A DNA stretch of 64,000 nucleotides from contig OZ024761.1 of assembly GCA_964016885.1 (NCBI GenBank), forward strand, positions 18,972,001 to 19,036,000, in the 5' to 3' direction. The notes beneath the pieces are model-generated. The model worked only from the letters and a program-made list of their open reading frames with translations, did not search any database and was not told the DNA's origin. This document shows, in pieces, positions 56,414 to 64,000 of the stretch (positions are counted from its first letter, which is position 1; each line of letters starts with the position of its first letter). This stretch comes from Eledone cirrhosa (Eukaryota). Made by a program: the position numbers and the translations under genes.

Positions 56414-56683
56414 AGAAGCTCTCTACATTCTAGAACCACATCATGAGACTTATGACTAGCAAGAGGCTCAGCGACCGTATCTGTATCAGTGAGCTGGTCT
56501 TGTCTGTGTTAATTGGACGAGGACAAGGTCTCTTCAGAAGCTCTCTACATTCTAGAACCACATCATGAGACTTATGACTAGCAAGAGGCTCAGCGACCGT
56601 ATCTGTATCAGTGAGCTGGTCTTGTCTGTGTTAATTGGACGAGGACAAGGTCACTGCAGAAGCTCTCTACATTCCAAAACCAC
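56414..56683 (+). repeat. 122-bp direct tandem duplication (2.2 copies)
   Basis: AGAAGCTCTCTACATTC at 56414, 56536, 56658. Confidence 0.95.
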
Positions 56684-56684
56684 A

Positions 56685-57043
56685 TAAAAAAAGCCCTAAA
56701 AAGCTGAAAAAATGAAGTTTTTTCACCTAATGCGGGCCCTAGGCCATAAAAAGTTGGATTTTCTTTGCTCACGGTATGAAGAAGAGACTGACTAATACAT
56801 AGTTAGAATTTCAAGGAAATCGGTCTGACGTAACGCCCCCCCCCCAAAAAAAAAACCTAAAATGCTGAAAAAAAACGCAGTTTTTCACTTATTGTGGGCC
56901 CTAAGGGATCAAAAATGCATAACACTCCCTGAAACATAAGTAACACACATGTAAAGTTTGAAAAAAATCGGTTGGGTACTTCTCGAGTTTTAGGGAATCA
57001 AACTCACAGACAGACAGACATCCTCAGTTTTATTTATATAGAT
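56685..57043 (+). mobile_element. Possible non-autonomous Helitron/Helentron-type element end
   Basis: AAAGTTTGAAAAAAATCGG...(CAGA)n...TTTTATTTATATAGAT resembles such ends; recognition only. Confidence 0.4.
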
Positions 57044-57196
57044 ATTTCAATGGTACCAACATTTTTGGTACGCTCTCATCAGATAAAATACAAAAATTGT
57101 TTTTATAAATATTGACATATCCAAAAACAAGAACTTATGGTTTTAAGTTCATTTTGGTTGTTTTGGGATTTGTCAATGTTTATAAAACAATTTTTG

Positions 57197-57258
57197 TATT
57201 TTATCTGATGAGGGCATACCAAAAATGTTGGTACCTTTGAAATATATATAATAAAATA
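57197..57258 (+). ncRNA. Type I hammerhead ribozyme (family B variant)
   Basis: TATTTTAT-CTGATGA-GGGCATACCAA aaatg TTGGTACCTTT-GAAATATATATA-ATAAAATA. Confidence 0.8.
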
Positions 57259-57299
57259 GATATGGTTTTATAAAGATAGTTTCTATGTATTAATATCAT

Positions 57300-57337
<38 letters not shown>

Positions 57338-58085
57338 TGAGGTATTAAAGAAGAGAAATGACAATTGATACCAGGAAAGCTCTCCTTGTTGTGGAGTGTG
57401 ATGTGTCTTGGCGGAACAAAATCGTTGACACCGGTTCAAGATGGTTCAAGTTGTTGTTTAGTTTAGAATAGTTTCAGATCGAGAGAGAGAGAGAGATTGT
57501 TGAACACAATGACTTTTGAGTGATGTTATATATAGTGTCTTTAGAAGTGCTTTATATATATCTATATATATATATATATATTTGTTATATTTAGGGAGGG
57601 TCATATTGTTATAATATTGCCAGAAATATATAATAAAACACACTCACTATTTGGTTGGATTTTATATATTTCTGGCAATATTATAACAATATTTGTTTCA
57701 ACACACGATTTCATATAAAAATCTTGCAAAACAAATTCATCGCCGTCACAGCACAAGCTGAGTGGTTAGAGAATTGAATTTGTAATCCTGAGGTTGTGAG
57801 CTTGATTCCCGGACCGGGCGATGCGTTATGTCCTTGAGCAAGACACTTTATTTCACGTTGCTCCTTCTACCTGGAGTTGCGACGGATAGATAGTATTAGC
57901 AATGGGAAAGACCAATGGAAACATTGTTTCCTCGGTCCGATCGACTGTCTATATATACTACCAACTCATAATATTATAATATTATATTATAACATTAAAT
58001 CATAAAATGTTTTAACACTACAAGTGAAGTCATTTTTTTCCTTTTTATATATATATATATATATTAATCTACATATTTATCTACA

Positions 58086-58170
<85 letters not shown>

Positions 58171-58499
58171 GAGAGGTATAGAGATTGTTTTAGCAAGAAG
58201 CTAACGGCATTCTATAACATATATGCGACTATAACGTCAAGATGGGAAAAGTAGTTTACGAAAGATTTAGGAAAAATAACTCAAACTCATCTCAAAAGAG
58301 AATCAGGATATAAATTCATCCACAGAATTTAGTAAAATCCAGGGAAAATCTATAGACCTTTAACTCATGATAAAATAAAGTTTGAAACACTTATCCTTCA
58401 ATTTGGAATAACATCAAATGCTCTGTATAGTCTTAAAAGACTATATATATATATATTAATTCAAAATATTAACAAAATAGATATTCTTGTGATCAAGTA

Positions 58500-58566
58500 T
58501 ATTTTATTACACATATTTCAGAGGTACTAAGTTAAGTTCAACAGTACGTCCACATCAGATAAAATA
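58500..58566 (-). ncRNA. Family B hammerhead with a core mutation (CUGAUGU)
   Basis: Homologous to 26037-26103 including flanks. Confidence 0.6.
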
Positions 58567-58606
58567 AGATGATGCATGACATACCCTGACATAGTAGATG
58601 GTTAAG

Positions 58607-58669
<63 letters not shown>

Positions 58670-58962
58670 ATGTGTGTGTGTGAATATGTATGAATGAAGT
58701 AATTCCGTCGGAAAAGTCCAGGAAAAAAGAGTGCTCTATGTAGGTAACAGAGCTTAATAGTTATGTAATAAACAACATAAGGCAATTATTCCATTTACCA
58801 GTGGTTTCTTAAAAGCAAAAAATTTTGCTTTCAATCATCAGAATGAAAAAATCCTGGTCTATTTATTGATATTGGATTCTAAAAACAAAAATGCAATCTA
58901 TATGAAAGTGAGGCTGGAGAAGGAAGAAGGAAAGGAAAAATAAAATAAAAACACACATGCAA

Positions 58963-59003
<41 letters not shown>

Positions 59004-59249
59004 ATTATATATATATAATTATATATACATATAATTATATAATAAGGAGTTGACGGACCCACCATATTTATCAGTGCCAGGACCGGTTGTATCTCAGCGT
59101 ATTCCATGGGCAATGTAAGATACATTCCCAGAGTATACACATAGTTATTTGCTTCAATACAACACACGTAAAACGGGTGCCTATAATGGATCCCGGACTC
59201 GAGTTTCGGCCGCACTAATGCAGCAGTAAGGTGCACTGCACCTTCTGTC

Positions 59250-59285
<36 letters not shown>

Positions 59286-59354
59286 AGTAAGTAAGACCCC
59301 GACGGCTGAGCTCAAGCCGTTTCGACGGTTAATATATGTGTGTCTGTGTGTGTG

Positions 59355-59396
<42 letters not shown>

Positions 59397-59539
59397 TATA
59401 AACAAACAGAATTAGCCGTCGAAACGGCTTGAGCTCAGCCGTCGGGGTCTTACTTACTCCTATTACCCACTCTACTACCCTAAGTATTGAGTACTTTGGT
59501 GCGTTATGGTCCACCTGGTTCCTTACCACTTTTCCTTCG

Positions 59540-59599
<60 letters not shown>

Positions 59600-59697
59600 A
59601 TGTATGTATATATACGGAAGTAAAAGTCGAGTGGAAATATCCAAGAGCACTCATTCCATAGGAAGAGTTTAGTATAAATAATTACAACACTGACATA

Positions 59698-59749
59698 AAC
59701 AGGTACTCACGTTTCGTTGGGTTCTGGGCCCCAATTTCTTCAGCCTGTC
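59698..59749 (-). ncRNA. Type I hammerhead (family E), tandem copy 1
   Basis: GACAGG-CTGAAGA-AATTGGG...CCCAAC-GAAACGTGAGTA-CCTGTT. Confidence 0.72.
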
Positions 59750-59768
59750 ATGAGAAAAATGGAAAAAT

Positions 59769-59845
<77 letters not shown>

Positions 59846-59943
59846 ATGTATGTATATATACGGAAGTAAAAGTCGAGTGGAAATATCCAAGAGCACTCAT
59901 TCCATAGGAAGAGTTTAGTATAAATAATTACAACACTGACATA

Positions 59944-59995
59944 AACAGGTACTCACGTTTCGTTGGGTTCTGGGCCCCAATTTCTTCAGCCTGTC
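59944..59995 (-). ncRNA. Type I hammerhead (family E), tandem copy 2
   Basis: Identical to 59698-59749, 246 bp away. Confidence 0.72.
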
Positions 59996-60014
59996 ATGAG
60001 AAAAATGGAAAAAT

Positions 60015-60085
<71 letters not shown>

Positions 60086-60171
60086 ATATATATATATGAA
60101 TATAAACAAACAACAATAACGCAGGAGTACAAGTTACAAAAGGTATTAGGTTTACGCTTAGATGTGGGTGA

Positions 60172-60199
60172 GACGTTTCGAGCATAAGCCCTTCATCAG
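60172..60199 (-). ncRNA. Penelope-type minimal hammerhead core (family G); degenerate relative at 22955-22985 (-)
   Basis: CTGATGAAGGGCTTATGCTCGAAACGTC; stem I pairing not evident. Confidence 0.55.
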
Positions 60200-60959
60200 G
60201 AGAGTGAGGGGGGGGAGAACTACGAGAAGAAGTGAAGCGGGTGTTAGTGGAAAAAAAGGAGAAAAAGAGAAAACATGAAGTGGAAAATAAAAGTTGTAAT
60301 ACAAGTTGTAAAAATATGTGAGGTGTGTAGAGGTGGTGGTGTGTGAGGGGTGGATTGGGGGGGGGGGAGGATAGAGATACTTTATGACGGTCATGTTGCC
60401 AATAAAAACACATGCACTTGTTGGTTTTCCGATTATCGAACCAACCAACCAACCAAGTGAAAAGCAACAGGTGCGTGTGTATTTATTGGTAAAATGGCCT
60501 TCCCAAAGCATAATAATATCGGTTTCAACACACGTTTTCGGATAAATCTCGCAAAACAAATTCAAAAACGAATAATATATATATATATATATAATTATAT
60601 ATATATATATATAATTATATATATATATAATTATATGAGCGTGAAGCCAACAGTATTTCATAATATATAAGTGACTATAACGTCAAAATGGAAAAATAGT
60701 TAACGTCAGGGGTGGGAAAATAATTCAAACTCAATTAAAAAAAAATCAAGACATAGATTCATCCGCAGAATTTTGTGGAATCCAGGGAAAAATCAATAGA
60801 GCCTTAACTCAGAATAAAATAAAGTTTAAATACTCATCCTTCAATTTGGAAAAACTACAATAAACTACAAATAGCTACAATGTATTATCATTACCTAGAA
60901 ACGATCGTAAAACAGTGAAGTATATCTCTAATGACTTTATTTTTTATTTCATTGTTTTA

Positions 60960-61946
<987 letters not shown>

Positions 61947-62146
61947 ATTAGAATACTGGAGCGTGTTTGAGTCAAACACCCTCTTCGTATTATAGAAATG
62001 ACAGTAAAAGGTATAGCTCAATGCAGTTAAACAGAGCCAAAAAATTAAGAGAGTAAAACAAAGAATCCTTTAATACATCAAAAGTTTTTAATACATCAAA
62101 AGTTTTTATTAGCCGACAATATATATATAAATATATATATATATAA

Positions 62147-62237
<91 letters not shown>

Positions 62238-62738
62238 TATATATATATATATAATTATATATATATATGTAATTTTATATATATAATTTTATATATTTAT
62301 AAATATAAAATTATATTTATATTTATATATATATATATCACAGAAAAAAGAGAATCAGTGTTGCGACGAAAGGAATGTATTGGACATATTACAAATGTTT
62401 CTCGGGCGACCAGCTCGAGGCACGATCGATATGGTGATCACACCTGACTCTGAAATCAACACGGTCGTCAAATACGTCTCGATTCTACGAAGCACATTTT
62501 CCTATAGTCCTTTAACATCGACTTTCTTCGTTTGTTGATTTAGATCCTGTTGTTGTCATTCTATGAGTGGTCGAGTATTGTACACGTCACTACTTTAAAA
62601 CAAGAATTGTACATAGTCACTACTTTAAAAGAATAGCACAAGTTCTTCAAAATGCTTTTGCAAAATACACTGTATTCATATATATATCGCTATTTCAGAG
62701 CACCAATTCTAATATATATATATAATATATATATACAC

Positions 62739-62800
<62 letters not shown>

Positions 62801-63063
62801 AAATATGGAGAAAAATACTGCAGGTAGCGCATGGATAACATGTAATAAAATGAGTCCCTCATCAGTGATTTGCCGACGATCATAGATATTTCATTGCATT
62901 AAAAATCATATACCTCACGTCAGTGCAATAATAACTAAAATAAGTTATTAGGACAATAAGTTATTAGGACAAAATAAGTTATTAGGACAATTAAAACGCG
63001 TAAAGCGAGTGAGACAGGAGAACAACAAAGAGTATAGCTAACCGTATATATATATATATACAC

Positions 63064-63114
<51 letters not shown>

Positions 63115-63476
63115 TGAAGAATGGTGTGCTGCGTTGTTGCGAACATGAACATATGAATAAAAAGAGACAAGGAGTAAAATGTCCTCTTCAGTAGTCTGCT
63201 GATTATCGTTGGTATTTCCACGCATTAAAGACTAGATACCTAAAATCAGTGGGAGCGATAACTCAATTAAGTTATCGGGACAGTGGGAAAACAGAGGGAA
63301 GGAAACAAACACATGGTGGGATGCAACGTAAAGAGATGAAAATAGAGACAAGCCAATGAATCCTGTGGGCTTAAGCCCGACAAATCAAATTGGCGAGGAG
63401 AATTAGACACGTCCGAGCAGCGAGAAGATTGAGATAGGAAAGGAATTCAAGCAGGTCAGATGGGAGGGAGTATATA

Positions 63477-63916
63477 TCATCATCACCGTTTTACGTCCGT
63501 TCTTCCACGCTAGCATGGGTTAGACGGGTTGTCCTGTTGTGGGCAGTGTCTGGTCGGCTGACCATGCCTTGCTCATACAGGAACTGATCTGGCTTGATTT
63601 CTACAGCCGGATGCCCTTCCTAACACCAACCTCATTTACAGTGAGTGCTGGGTGCTTTTTCGTGGCGCCTACACGTCCACTTTACAGTGTGGGCTGGGTG
63701 CTTTTTTGCCGTGGCACCTCCACGACCACCTTGCGGTGGGGGGAGTGGGGGCATATTGTTTATATGCTTCAGCATGTACCCATGGGAGGTCGGGTACCCT
63801 GTATTACTGCATGACGCCAGAAGTCACGGTCGTGTGTCATTGACTTTGAGAGGTGTAGTTGGGTAAGGTCGGCTTTTATCACCTCATCCCAAGTCATCTT
63901 GGGTCTCCCCACTCCG
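63477..63916 (-). mobile_element. RTE LINE 3' end, near-identical to 23782-24225
   Basis: Direct comparison shows only a few substitutions. Confidence 0.93.
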
Positions 63917-64000
63917 AATTATATATATATAATTCAAGAGATAAGAGTAACATGGTTGTCTGTACAATAAGGGTTACAATTCACAGTGCTGACAATCGTT

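Overview
Eukaryotic, AT-rich, microsatellite-dense DNA; the SINE/RTE repertoire suggests an octopus or other cephalopod (inference). There is one 200-nt assembly gap (17013-17212). Almost all ORFs in the supplied track are translations of simple repeats. Two real spliced genes lie head-to-head: TAF8 on + (six coding exons, 32865-42799, 290 aa, complete) and a single-pass membrane Sel1-like-repeat gene on - (four coding exons, 29106 to 17738; last exon not found). The rest is RTE LINEs (one with an open RT frame containing a PHD-type finger), Tx1/L1-like 3' ends inside tetranucleotide repeats, a dead mariner, two tRNA-derived SINE families, piggyBac-like MITEs and TE-derived minisatellites. The most striking signal is more than a dozen type I hammerhead-ribozyme motifs from about seven sequence families. 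They sit in short non-coding units next to (TA)n tracts, often as inverted or tandem duplications, and several families share a downstream ACTC...GAGT hairpin. This resembles a Penelope-like/retrozyme system; ribozyme activity is predicted from sequence only.
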